Below are positions 56,139 to 64,000 of a stretch of DNA of 64,000 nt, piece by piece. The DNA comes from an archaeon (GTDB lineage Archaea > SpSt-1190 > DYHY01). Location of the stretch: assembly GCA_043803745.1 (NCBI GenBank), contig JAZDJS010000021.1:16738-80737 (forward strand). The letters run 5' to 3'. Made by a program: the position numbers and the translations under genes. Below the pieces are notes generated by a model. It saw nothing but the letters and a program-made list of their open reading frames with translations. It ran no database searches and was not told the DNA's origin. How positions within the stretch are numbered: position 1 is the stretch's first letter; the number at the start of each line of letters is the position of its first letter.

Positions 56139-56798
56139 ATGAAACCTGGACAAGACCGGCTTTCATCAAACCATCCCCGCTTGGCGCGGGAGATTCTCAA
56201 GCTGGCCGACTATGGAGAGCGGCGCGGCTTTGAAGTGATTTTCAATGGAAGCTGCGCCGCATATGCGCTCGGAATACTTGACAGGCCTCCCGGGGATGTC
56301 GATGCTCTGGTCGGACCGGGCGGGATAGACGAATATGCTTCTCCAATCTTTCGCAGGCCGAAGAAACGCAGGGAATGGCAGCTCCCGGATAGCAGTCAGC
56401 GAGGACTCTTGGCGGTTTTCAAGAATCCGTTGACCGGAGTCAAGATTGACTTGAACGAGATTTATCTTCGTAAGGAAGGGGTTGAGGTTCCCCAATATGA
56501 TGAAATGAAGGCGGCTTGGGTTGAAATCGGCGGCAGGCAGGTAAGAGTGATGCCGCCTGAGGAAATGGTTTATAGGAAAATCGTTGCTCTTGGAAATAAA
56601 AGACGGGCTGCGAACGGACTAGTTGAACGGGATTATGCCGACGCCCTCGAAATGTATGGGAAGGTATTGGCGGCAGGAAATTGGGATTCGGAATATTTCC
56701 TTGCAAGGGCGGCTCGGCTCGGGGACAACCTTCCAAAAGTTGCGGAAAGGTTTCCAAAGGCAACTCCTTTGATGAAGGAGCTAGGGCTTTTGGCATGA
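56139..56798 (+). CDS. Nucleotidyltransferase-fold protein (putative)
   Basis: FNGSCAAYALGILDRPPGDVDALV has GS followed by DxD. Confidence 0.35.
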   Translation: MKPGQDRLSSNHPRLAREILKLADYGERRGFEVIFNGSCAAYALGILDRPPGDVDALVGPGGIDEYASPIFRRPKKRREWQLPDSSQRGLLAVFKNPLTGVKIDLNEIYLRKEGVEVPQYDEMKAAWVEIGGRQVRVMPPEEMVYRKIVALGNKRRAANGLVERDYADALEMYGKVLAAGNWDSEYFLARAARLGDNLPKVAERFPKATPLMKELGLLA

Positions 56799-56834
56799 AA
56801 ACGGGTTTAAAGTGAGGTTTAAGCGGACACGCAA

Positions 56835-57773
56835 ATGGCTGGGAAAGCGAAAAGGAAGCAGAAGCACGCATATGTTGTCGTGAACCTAGAGGGGGAGAAT
56901 CTTGGCCCGGACTGGGAAAACTATTCCCGGGCGCTTGGCTTGGAAATCAGGGAAATTGACGGGAAAACCGAGGAAATGCCGAAAGTTGGCAAGGGTGAAG
57001 TTGCCTTCCTAATGGGCGGGAACCAGACTGCGACAACCGCGGAAATTGCGGCAAGCTGTCCATATCTGCAGGGGCAAGTCGACCTTGTGAATAGAATAAT
57101 TGACGGACAGAAGGGGCTTGCTGTCGGGGTCAATCTCGGCGCTCAGATAATCGCGCATGCTGTCGAGCCTGATTGCACGAAACCTTCCGGAATAATCCGG
57201 ATCGGAGAGAGCGCAGTTCATATAGACCCTGGCAACGAGCCAAGCCGGCAGGCTTTCTCGGGCGATGTTCCGTTCCAGGCAGTCAATTTCAACAGCTACG
57301 GAATCTACTTCAGCGAGCCGGAGCTTGATGTAACTATGCTTGCAACTTCCGGCAACTACAAGCAGTTTCCCTTCGAAGCGTTCTATGTCTTTGACGAAAC
57401 GAGCGTGCCGCGCGCTTTCGGGACTGCCTACCACGGCGAGCCCGCCGAATATTTTGCCAGGATTTTCAAGAGCCTGGAATACCGGGATTTCCTCGGGACT
57501 GGAGAGGATGTTTTCACTTTCCTAAGAAAAAAGGCGGCGGAGGGACTTGTCTATTCCGGGGGAAAACCGCTTGCGCCGAATTCCCCTGTCCTGACAAGGA
57601 GGGGTTTTGCCAAACTCTCGCAGGAGCATGAGCTTGAGCGAAGAATTGCCGGGATACATTCCCTCCACAACACGGTTGTCTTGTCCGGGACTGCCGAAAA
57701 GGCGCGCGCCCAAAGCGCGCTTGTTGAAACCCTTGCGGAAGCCGGCAGGGGTTATCTGGGGAAGCTGAAATAA
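56835..57773 (+). CDS. Hypothetical protein, GATase1-like fold with Cys replaced (GVNLGAQII)
   Basis: 312 aa. Confidence 0.3.
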   Translation: MAGKAKRKQKHAYVVVNLEGENLGPDWENYSRALGLEIREIDGKTEEMPKVGKGEVAFLMGGNQTATTAEIAASCPYLQGQVDLVNRIIDGQKGLAVGVNLGAQIIAHAVEPDCTKPSGIIRIGESAVHIDPGNEPSRQAFSGDVPFQAVNFNSYGIYFSEPELDVTMLATSGNYKQFPFEAFYVFDETSVPRAFGTAYHGEPAEYFARIFKSLEYRDFLGTGEDVFTFLRKKAAEGLVYSGGKPLAPNSPVLTRRGFAKLSQEHELERRIAGIHSLHNTVVLSGTAEKARAQSALVETLAEAGRGYLGKLK

Positions 57774-57787
57774 TTTTTTGGATGGAG

Positions 57788-57861
57788 TGGGCCTGCCGGG
57801 ATTCGAACCCAGGTCCGAGGCTTCGGAAGCCCCTATTCTGTCCAAGCTATACTACAGGCCC
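57788..57861 (-). tRNA. tRNA-Arg (anticodon CCG). The D-arm pairs poorly.
   Basis: The reverse complement is GGGCCTG-...-GGGGC TTCCGAA GCCTC-GGAC-CTGGG TTCGAAT CCCGG-CAGGCCC-A. The acceptor and T-arm are perfect. Confidence 0.7.
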
Positions 57862-57890
57862 TTTGCCGCAAGGGAGAATTCTCCCCGCTT

Positions 57891-57898
57891 TTTATAAA
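57891..57898. promoter_or_regulatory. Palindromic TATA box TTTATAAA, midway between the two divergent tRNA-Arg genes (about 30 bp from each 5-prime end). A GGAGAATTCTCC palindrome lies at 57873-57884.
   Basis: The spacing fits archaeal BRE/TATA-to-TSS distances in both directions. Confidence 0.55.
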
Positions 57899-57924
57899 CT
57901 CGGATTTTCCTACTTTTGCCCTCC

Positions 57925-58002
57925 GGACCCGTAGCTTAGCTTGGATAGAGCGAGTGGCTTCGAACCACTAGGTCGGGGGTCCAAATCCCTCCGGGTCCGC
58001 CA
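57925..58002 (+). tRNA. tRNA-Arg (anticodon TCG), CCA encoded
   Basis: GGACCCG-TA-GCTT AGCTTGGATA GAGC-G-AGTGG CTTCGAA CCACT-AGGTC-GGGGG TCCAAAT CCCTC-CGGGTCC-G-CCA. Confidence 0.85.
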
Positions 58003-58130
58003 AGCGTCCCCTCAGATCTCGCCCAGGTGAAAGCGCGCATAATAGGCTTGACCTCCGGGTCCGCCAAGCGTCCCCTCAGATCTCGCCCAGGTGAAAGCGC
58101 GCATAATAGGCTTGACCTCCGGGTCCGCCA
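57990..58130. repeat. Tandem repeat of 64 bp x 2.2. Each unit starts with the last 13 nt of tRNA-Arg(TCG) including CCA (tccgggtccgcca).
   Basis: Units at 57990-58053 and 58054-58117 are identical. A third start at 58118-58130 then diverges. Confidence 0.9.
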
Positions 58131-58193
58131 GAACCCATCCTCCGCGGAGGATCCGTTCGCGGGCGTCAAAGAAAGGTTGTGAAAAACCATAAA

Positions 58194-58643
58194 ATGGCTG
58201 CCAAAACAAAACGGGAAAAAAGGGCTTTTGCGAACGGCGATGCAATCATAATCCAAAAAGGAAAAATCCTCCTCGAGAAAAGGCATTCCGGAAAATGGGG
58301 CGGCTACTGGTGCCTTCCCGGGGGAAAGCTCAGGCAGGGGGAAAGCGTTTCGGCCGGAGTGGCAAGGGAGGTTTTCGAGGAGACCGGTTTCAGAGTAAGG
58401 ATTGGGAAGCTTGCCGGAATTTATTCGGGCAAGAAAAAATTTCGGGGAAGCACTTCAATTGACACAACGTTCTTTTCCGAAATAACCGGGGGAAAAGAAA
58501 GGCTCCAGAAGGAAGAGGTTGACGAGCTCGGCTGGTTCGGTCCGGAGAACCTTCCGGAAAAGCTGGCGTTCGACCACGACAAGAGAATCAAGGACGCCTT
58601 CGCAATAATCGGCGGAAGGAAGCGGGCACCTGTGATTTCCTGA
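58194..58643 (+). CDS. NUDIX hydrolase
   Basis: GGKLRQGESVSAGVAREVFEETG is the Nudix box. Confidence 0.7.
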   Translation: MAAKTKREKRAFANGDAIIIQKGKILLEKRHSGKWGGYWCLPGGKLRQGESVSAGVAREVFEETGFRVRIGKLAGIYSGKKKFRGSTSIDTTFFSEITGGKERLQKEEVDELGWFGPENLPEKLAFDHDKRIKDAFAIIGGRKRAPVIS

Positions 58644-58653
58644 CTCTCACAAC

Positions 58654-59538
58654 TCACTTCATTTCCAAGTGACCCATTATCTTGAAAATCAGCCGCGCGG
58701 CAAGGAAGGTCGTGATATTGTTCTCGTCGGGGATTACCTCGTTGATGTCAAAGCCGACTATTTCCGCGCTGGTGCAGACCGTCTTGATTATCTCAAGCCC
58801 GTCCTGATAGGAAAGGCCTCCTGGCTCGGGGGTTCCGGTTCCGGGGGCAACCGCGGGGTCGAACCCGTCAATGTCAATTGAAAAGTAGACTTTCTTCCCG
58901 GAAATCTCCCTTGCGAATTTCTTAAGGATTTCCGAAATGCCTCTCTTCCTGATTTCGTCCGAAAAGTGCAGGGTTATCTTGCCTGGGTTCTTCTCCGCAA
59001 GCTCGGCTTCCTCCGCCGAGATTGCCCGCACCCCGAATTCCACCAATCTCTTCCCGGAATCGAAAGCCCGCTTCATTACGCAGGCGTGGCTGAACTTGCT
59101 TCCCTCGTAGGAATCGCGCAAATCCCCGTGGGCGTCGATTGAGACCACGGTAACGTCCTTCGGGAAAGCCCCGATTGCGCCAATCGAGACCGAATGGTCG
59201 CCCCCAAGGACAACCGGAATCTTCCCTTCATCCAGTATTTGGGAGACCGTTTCCCGCACACGCCTGCAGTTTTCCTCCGGGCTTGCCCCGGCAGTTTCGA
59301 TCGGGGGCAGGGTTTCTATTGCAGGGCAAATTTCCCTACCAAATTCCAGGTCGAAAAGCTCGACCTGCTTCGATGCCTCGATTATTGCGGCAGGCCCTTT
59401 CTTTGAGCCCGAACGGTAGCTTGCGGTTGAATCGAACGGAACGGAAATAACTGAAAAGCGCGGTTTTCGCGTTCCCTCAGTTTCGATTCCGAGAAATCCG
59501 AAGGGCGTTCCCCAAGAGGTTTTCTTTGCCATTGGCAT
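58654..59538 (-). CDS. speB: Agmatinase / arginase-family ureohydrolase
   Basis: VVLGGDHSVSIGAI, SIDAHGDL, DIDGFDPAVAPGTGTPEPGGLS. Confidence 0.8.
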   Translation of the reverse strand: MPMAKKTSWGTPFGFLGIETEGTRKPRFSVISVPFDSTASYRSGSKKGPAAIIEASKQVELFDLEFGREICPAIETLPPIETAGASPEENCRRVRETVSQILDEGKIPVVLGGDHSVSIGAIGAFPKDVTVVSIDAHGDLRDSYEGSKFSHACVMKRAFDSGKRLVEFGVRAISAEEAELAEKNPGKITLHFSDEIRKRGISEILKKFAREISGKKVYFSIDIDGFDPAVAPGTGTPEPGGLSYQDGLEIIKTVCTSAEIVGFDINEVIPDENNITTFLAARLIFKIMGHLEMK

Positions 59539-59634
59539 AGCAAATAGCCAAAATTTAAAAAAATACCCCTTAGGCGGGCATTCCGGGTGTTTGCGGAAAG
59601 CTTAAAAGGAGATTACTGTTCAGAAGTGTTGCAC

Positions 59635-60276
59635 ATGAAGGAACTCGAGAAGGAGGTTGCGTCTGGTGGGGGACCCGAGGGGGGACCCGAGGGGGGACCC
59701 GGTGGGGAACCTTGCGAGTGCACTTGCAAGGGCAATAAGGAGCCCGAGGAATCCGGAGCCAAAGTTACGCTTCAGTCGAAAGAAGAGGTTGGCAAGGAAC
59801 TTCGGTTGCTTCGGCTTGCAGCGGATTTCGAGAACTACAAGAAGCGGACCGCGAAGGAATTCGCAGACCAGAGGAATTCCGGCAAGAAGGACCTGCTTGA
59901 AAAGCTAATCTCCCTTTCGGACACCTTCGAGCTTGCGCTCCATTCAGTGAAGAACGCAAGCCCCGAGGTTCTGAAGGGTTTCCTAATGATACAGAACCAG
60001 CTCAAAGCAATACTCTCCGGGGAAGGCGCCGAACCTTTCGGAACTTCTGGCGAGCATTTCGACCCGTTCAGGCACGAGGCTGTCGAATTCGTCGCTTCCG
60101 CGGGGGGCGCGGAAGAGGGAACTGTCTCGGAGGTAATCCAGAAGGGATACCTTTTCAAGGGGAACCTGCTCAGGCCCTGTGCGGTCAAGGTATTCAAGAA
60201 CGCTACTCATCAGACAGGAGATGTCAAAGAAGATGCGGCACCCACGTCTGAACCTGAAATGAAACAAATGGAGTGA
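59635..60276 (+). CDS. grpE: GrpE nucleotide exchange factor
   Basis: [17 protein letters not shown]. It has an unusual N-terminal [13 protein letters not shown] + CECTCKG segment. Confidence 0.8.
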   Translation: MKELEKEVASGGGPEGGPEGGPGGEPCECTCKGNKEPEESGAKVTLQSKEEVGKELRLLRLAADFENYKKRTAKEFADQRNSGKKDLLEKLISLSDTFELALHSVKNASPEVLKGFLMIQNQLKAILSGEGAEPFGTSGEHFDPFRHEAVEFVASAGGAEEGTVSEVIQKGYLFKGNLLRPCAVKVFKNATHQTGDVKEDAAPTSEPEMKQME

Positions 60277-62144
60277 AGGAAAACATGACAAAAATAATCG
60301 GAATTGATCTGGGAACATCGAACTCGGCTGCCGCTGTTGTCGAAGGCGGGCGGCCGGTGATAATCCCTTCGGCTGAAGGCTCTACCGCCGCGGGGAAGAC
60401 CGTCCCCTCGGTCGTCGCCTTTGCAAAGGACGGGACGCTTCTTGTCGGCGAGCCGGCTCGGAGGCAGGCTGCGGTCAATCCGGAAAGAACTGTCCTTGCA
60501 GTGAAGAGAAAGATGGGTCGAGTTGAGAAAATAGCCGTCGGGGGAAAGGAATATTCCCCGCAGGAGATTTCCGCCTTCCTCCTCCAGAAGATGAAGAAGG
60601 ATGCTGAAGCGTACCTTGGCGGACCCGTGACAAAGGCGGTGATAACCGTTCCGGCATATTTCGACGACAACCAGAGGCAGGCAACGAAGGATGCGGGGAC
60701 GATTGCGGGCCTGGAAGTGGTGAGAATAGTCAACGAACCGACTGCGGCAGCCCTTGCATTCGGTCTTGACAAATCCGGAAAGGATTCCAAGATAATGGTT
60801 TTCGACCTCGGGGGCGGAACGCTTGACGTCACCATAATGGAGATGGGCGGGGGCGTCTTCGAAGTCAAATCGACCAGCGGGGACACGCAGCTCGGCGGGA
60901 CAGACATGGACCGGGTGATTGTCGACTACATCGTTTCCGAGTTCAAGGCTGCCGAGGGAATTGATATTTCCAAGGACAGGATGGCGAGCCAAAGGATACG
61001 GGAGGCTGCTGAAAAGGCTAAAATCGAGCTTTCCACGACAATGTCAACCGACTTGAACATTCCGTTCGTCTCGGCAACTGCCGAGGGACCGAAACATCTC
61101 GCAATGACTATCACGCGCGCGAAACTCGAGGAACTCGTCAACCCGATTGTCGAAAGGTGCCGCAAGCCAGTCAAACAGGCACTCTCGGATGCGGGGCTCC
61201 AGCCAAGCGAAATCGACAAGGTGCTCCTTGTTGGCGGACCCACGAGGATGCCGATTGTCCAGAAGCTTGTCGAGGAGCTTGTCGGGAAGAAAATAGAAAG
61301 GGGAGTCGACCCGATGGAATGCGTTGCGCTCGGAGCGGCAATCCAGGGCGCGATTCTTTCCGGGGAAGTGAAGGATGTCGTTCTCCTCGACGTTACGCCG
61401 CTCTCGCTCGGAATCGAAACCCTTGGCGGGGTTACTACGCGCCTGATTGACAGGAACACCGCAATCCCGGTGAAGAAGAGCCAGACCTTCTCGACAGCGG
61501 CAGACATGCAGACGAGCGTTGACATACACGTCCTCCAGGGGGAGAGGCCGATGGCGGCAGATAACGTCGAGCTCGGGAACTTTTCGCTGATAGGGATTCC
61601 GCCGGCGCCGAGGGGGATACCTAAGATAGAGGTTTCCTTCGACATTGACGCAAGCGGGATAATGCATGTCTCGGCAAAGGATCTCGGGACAGGAAGGGAG
61701 CAGAAAATCCAGATTACCGCGCCGCACAAGCTTTCCAAGGACGAGATTGAAAAGAAGGTCAAGGATGCCGAGGCTTTCGCCGATGCCGACAAGAAGCGCA
61801 TTGAGGAAGTCGAGCTTTACAACGAAGCTGATGCGTTCATCTATACCGCTGAAAAGACGCTTGCGGATGTCGGGGACAAGCTTTCCGAAGACAAGAAAAC
61901 CGAAGTCAAGAAATGGATTGGAGAGCTAAAGGAAGAGGTCCAGAAGAAGGATTCCGTGAAAGTGAAGGAGAAGCTTGACGCGCTCAGGAAGGCGGTCTCA
62001 GCCGCAAGCGAAGCGCTTTACAAGGACAAGGACGGAGCGCCGCCCGGAGGAGAGGGGTTCACGAAGGAGCCCTCTGGCGGCGGACCTGAAAACGAGGAAA
62101 CGTTCGACGCCGAATTCTCCAAGAAGAAAGAGGATGGAAAGTAA
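60273..62144 (+). CDS. dnaK: Hsp70 chaperone DnaK
   Basis: [42 protein letters not shown]-less C-terminus. Confidence 0.95.
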   Translation: MKENMTKIIGIDLGTSNSAAAVVEGGRPVIIPSAEGSTAAGKTVPSVVAFAKDGTLLVGEPARRQAAVNPERTVLAVKRKMGRVEKIAVGGKEYSPQEISAFLLQKMKKDAEAYLGGPVTKAVITVPAYFDDNQRQATKDAGTIAGLEVVRIVNEPTAAALAFGLDKSGKDSKIMVFDLGGGTLDVTIMEMGGGVFEVKSTSGDTQLGGTDMDRVIVDYIVSEFKAAEGIDISKDRMASQRIREAAEKAKIELSTTMSTDLNIPFVSATAEGPKHLAMTITRAKLEELVNPIVERCRKPVKQALSDAGLQPSEIDKVLLVGGPTRMPIVQKLVEELVGKKIERGVDPMECVALGAAIQGAILSGEVKDVVLLDVTPLSLGIETLGGVTTRLIDRNTAIPVKKSQTFSTAADMQTSVDIHVLQGERPMAADNVELGNFSLIGIPPAPRGIPKIEVSFDIDASGIMHVSAKDLGTGREQKIQITAPHKLSKDEIEKKVKDAEAFADADKKRIEEVELYNEADAFIYTAEKTLADVGDKLSEDKKTEVKKWIGELKEEVQKKDSVKVKEKLDALRKAVSAASEALYKDKDGAPPGGEGFTKEPSGGGPENEETFDAEFSKKKEDGK

Positions 62145-62286
62145 GTCAAAGACCTTGCCCTGAACCACCCCGGACGCCCTCCGCAGACACAAGGAAGGCT
62201 CATGCGGAAAGGACTGAATGCGTTTCCGCTGAAAGCCGCGTCTTCTACAGCTGCGCGGTTTCCTGGAAACTTTCGCCTGACTGAAC

Positions 62287-63006
62287 TCAGTTGCCAAGCG
62301 CCGTGCTAAGGGCTGACGCGAATTCCGAGTACGGGCTTGCCCCTAGCGGGAGGCTTTCGCCGTTGAGGAGGAATCCCGGGGTCCCGGATATTCCGCTGCT
62401 TGCGCCCTCGGAAGCTTCCGCATCAATCTCGTCCTGGTATGCCGAGGAATCAAGGCATTCCGTGAACTTGGCTTCGTCAAGGCTGAGGCCCCTTGCATAT
62501 TTTATCAGGCTTGCCCGGTCAAGGGCGCCCTGGTTCGCATAAAGCTCAGCCTCATAGTCGAGGAAACTCCCCTGCGCTTCCGCGCATTTGGCAGCGTTCG
62601 CGGCGATCTTCGCATTGCTGTGGAAGGAAAGCGGGAAGCTCTTCACCTCGAATTTCAAGAGCCCAGTGTCAATGAAATTCTCCTTGATTCCGGGAAATGC
62701 TCCTGTGAAAAAACTGGCGCAGTACGGGCATTGGAAGTCAGTGTACATTGTCAGGGTGAGCGGCGCATCAGCCTTGCCAATGAATCCAGGACCGCCGACT
62801 CCCGTAACTTTCGGGGGACCCACATAGTTCGTCAGCTTGGAAATCATGAAGAAGTTCGAGACAACCGAGACGAGCAATATTGCCAAAAGCGCTACCGACA
62901 CATATACCCACTTGTTCTTCGCGGTTACGACCTGTTCCGCGGGATTCTTAGCCTGCTCGTGGTGGTGAGTGTGTTGCTTCGCGCTTTCCATCCGCAGGGA
63001 ACCCAA
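62287..63006 (-). CDS. Membrane-anchored DsbA-like thioredoxin-fold protein
   Basis: N-terminal TM helix and FQCPYC (CxxC) active site. Confidence 0.7.
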   Translation of the reverse strand: MGSLRMESAKQHTHHHEQAKNPAEQVVTAKNKWVYVSVALLAILLVSVVSNFFMISKLTNYVGPPKVTGVGGPGFIGKADAPLTLTMYTDFQCPYCASFFTGAFPGIKENFIDTGLLKFEVKSFPLSFHSNAKIAANAAKCAEAQGSFLDYEAELYANQGALDRASLIKYARGLSLDEAKFTECLDSSAYQDEIDAEASEGASSGISGTPGFLLNGESLPLGASPYSEFASALSTALGN

Positions 63007-63081
63007 CTACCTTTTTTAAACTTAATTGATTCTGGAAACTGAGATAAAGGAATAAAAGGCGGCGCTAGAAGGTGCAGAACA

Positions 63082-64000
63082 ATGCCTGAAGATTACTATT
63101 CGATTCTGGGGATTTCCAAGAACGCAAGCACCGAGGAGGTAAAAAAATCCTTCAGGGCCCTTGCAAGGAAGCTCCACCCGGACGTCAGCAAGGCGCCCGA
63201 CGCAACCGAGAAATTCAAGAAAATAAACGAGGCATATTCGGTCCTTTCCGACCCGGCGAAGAGGGCGAAATACGACCAGTTCGGCACTGCCGAGGGCTTT
63301 TCCGCCGGTCAGGATTTTTCCGGCTTTTCGGAATTCGGGGATTTCGGCGACATCGGAAGCATTTTCGAAACTTTCTTCGGAGGCGGGAGAGGGGCGTTCC
63401 AGTTTGGCGGAGAGGAACCTGAGGATGGCCCAAGGGCGCGGAACATAAGATACCCGGCTTCCGTCAGCCTGAAGGAGGCTTTCACGGGAACCGAGCGCAA
63501 AGTGCGGATTGACCGGATGGAAATCTGCGGGAACTGCAAAGGCGCGGGCGGCTTCAATCAATCAACGTGCAAAACCTGCGGCGGCCGGGGGCGGGTGGGA
63601 AAAACGAGGCGGACGATTATCGGCGTTGTCCAGACTTTCGGAATCTGCCCTTCTTGCAGAGGACGGGGAGAAACCCATTCGAAGGAATGCGGAAGCTGCG
63701 GCGGGGGCGGCGCTGTTGAGGGACGGCAGGAGCTTACTGTGAAAATACCCGCCGGCGTCGAGGACGGGACGGTCCTACGCGTCAAGGGCGAAGGCGAGCT
63801 TGGCGGAGACCTTCTTGTCGCAGTTTCAGTCGAGGAGGATGAGAAATTCAAGAGGCGCGGCGCGGACCTTCTCTATCGAGCGGAAATAAGCTTCGCAAAG
63901 GCGGCGCTCGGCGGAACCCTGAACCTTGAGTCGATTGACGGACCCGCTGCGGTTGAACTGCCTGAGGGAACCCAGAGCGGGGAAGTTTTCACGATACAGA
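63082..64000 (+). CDS. dnaJ: DnaJ (Hsp40), N-terminal part (runs off the right edge)
   Basis: MPEDYYSILGISKNASTEEVKKSFRALARKLHPDVSK gives the J domain with HPD. Zinc-finger repeats CGNCKGAGG, CKTCGGRG, CPSCRGRG and CGSCGGGG follow. Confidence 0.85.
   Translation, partial: MPEDYYSILGISKNASTEEVKKSFRALARKLHPDVSKAPDATEKFKKINEAYSVLSDPAKRAKYDQFGTAEGFSAGQDFSGFSEFGDFGDIGSIFETFFGGGRGAFQFGGEEPEDGPRARNIRYPASVSLKEAFTGTERKVRIDRMEICGNCKGAGGFNQSTCKTCGGRGRVGKTRRTIIGVVQTFGICPSCRGRGETHSKECGSCGGGGAVEGRQELTVKIPAGVEDGTVLRVKGEGELGGDLLVAVSVEEDEKFKRRGADLLYRAEISFAKAALGGTLNLESIDGPAAVELPEGTQSGEVFTIQ

Noticed and set aside
57936-58286. Minus-strand ORFs with duplicated peptide ADPEVKPIMRAFTWARSEGTLGGPGG
   Set aside because: The duplicated peptide is simply the 64-bp tandem repeat read in frame, and the ORFs overlap tRNA-Arg(TCG).
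60210-61801. Long minus-strand ORFs (260, 227, 291 and 227 aa) across dnaK
   Set aside because: Antisense to a canonical Hsp70.
1-64000. CRISPR arrays, rRNA genes, transposases and integrases
   Set aside because: None seen. The only regularly spaced repeats are the tRNA-terminus tandem repeats. Their intervening sequences are identical between units rather than unique, so they are not CRISPR-like. No integrase or transposase-like ORF was recognised in the window.

Overview
Archaeal-type chromosome segment of about 56% GC (lineage uncertain, possibly a DPANN-like or other uncultivated archaeon). Most of it is housekeeping. The supported genes are: two class I aminoacyl-tRNA synthetases (LeuRS partial at the left edge, IleRS); replication and repair genes (FEN1, Orc1/Cdc6, DnaG primase plus a small stand-alone TOPRIM protein, SSB, a candidate Hjc resolvase, Ogg-type glycosylase, an MGMT-like protein, an AlaX editing protein, a beta-CASP/MBL nuclease); a bacterial-type grpE-dnaK-dnaJ chaperone cluster; proteases (HtpX, rhomboid, Lon-like); a GGPP synthase, agmatinase, NUDIX, HAD, an FNR-like oxidoreductase and an NcsA/TtcA-like PP-loop ATPase; several transporters and membrane proteins; and two tandem paralogous proteins with class III (archaeal type IV pilin-like) signal peptides. 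Six tRNA genes are present, one with a roughly 41-nt intron. No rRNA, CRISPR array or recognisable transposase was seen. The most unusual sequence-visible feature is that five of the six tRNA genes are flanked by tandem direct repeats that duplicate the tRNA terminus (3-prime end in four cases, 5-prime end plus promoter in one) together with flanking sequence. A conserved palindromic trailer element (GCCCGT..TTTTCTTTTGCGAAAAGAAAAG) recurs at three of these loci. Other points of interest are a candidate intron-containing tRNA with a UAU anticodon, low-GC patches suggesting acquired genes, a HerA/DUF87-like ATPase module, and a large secreted DUF333/repeat protein.
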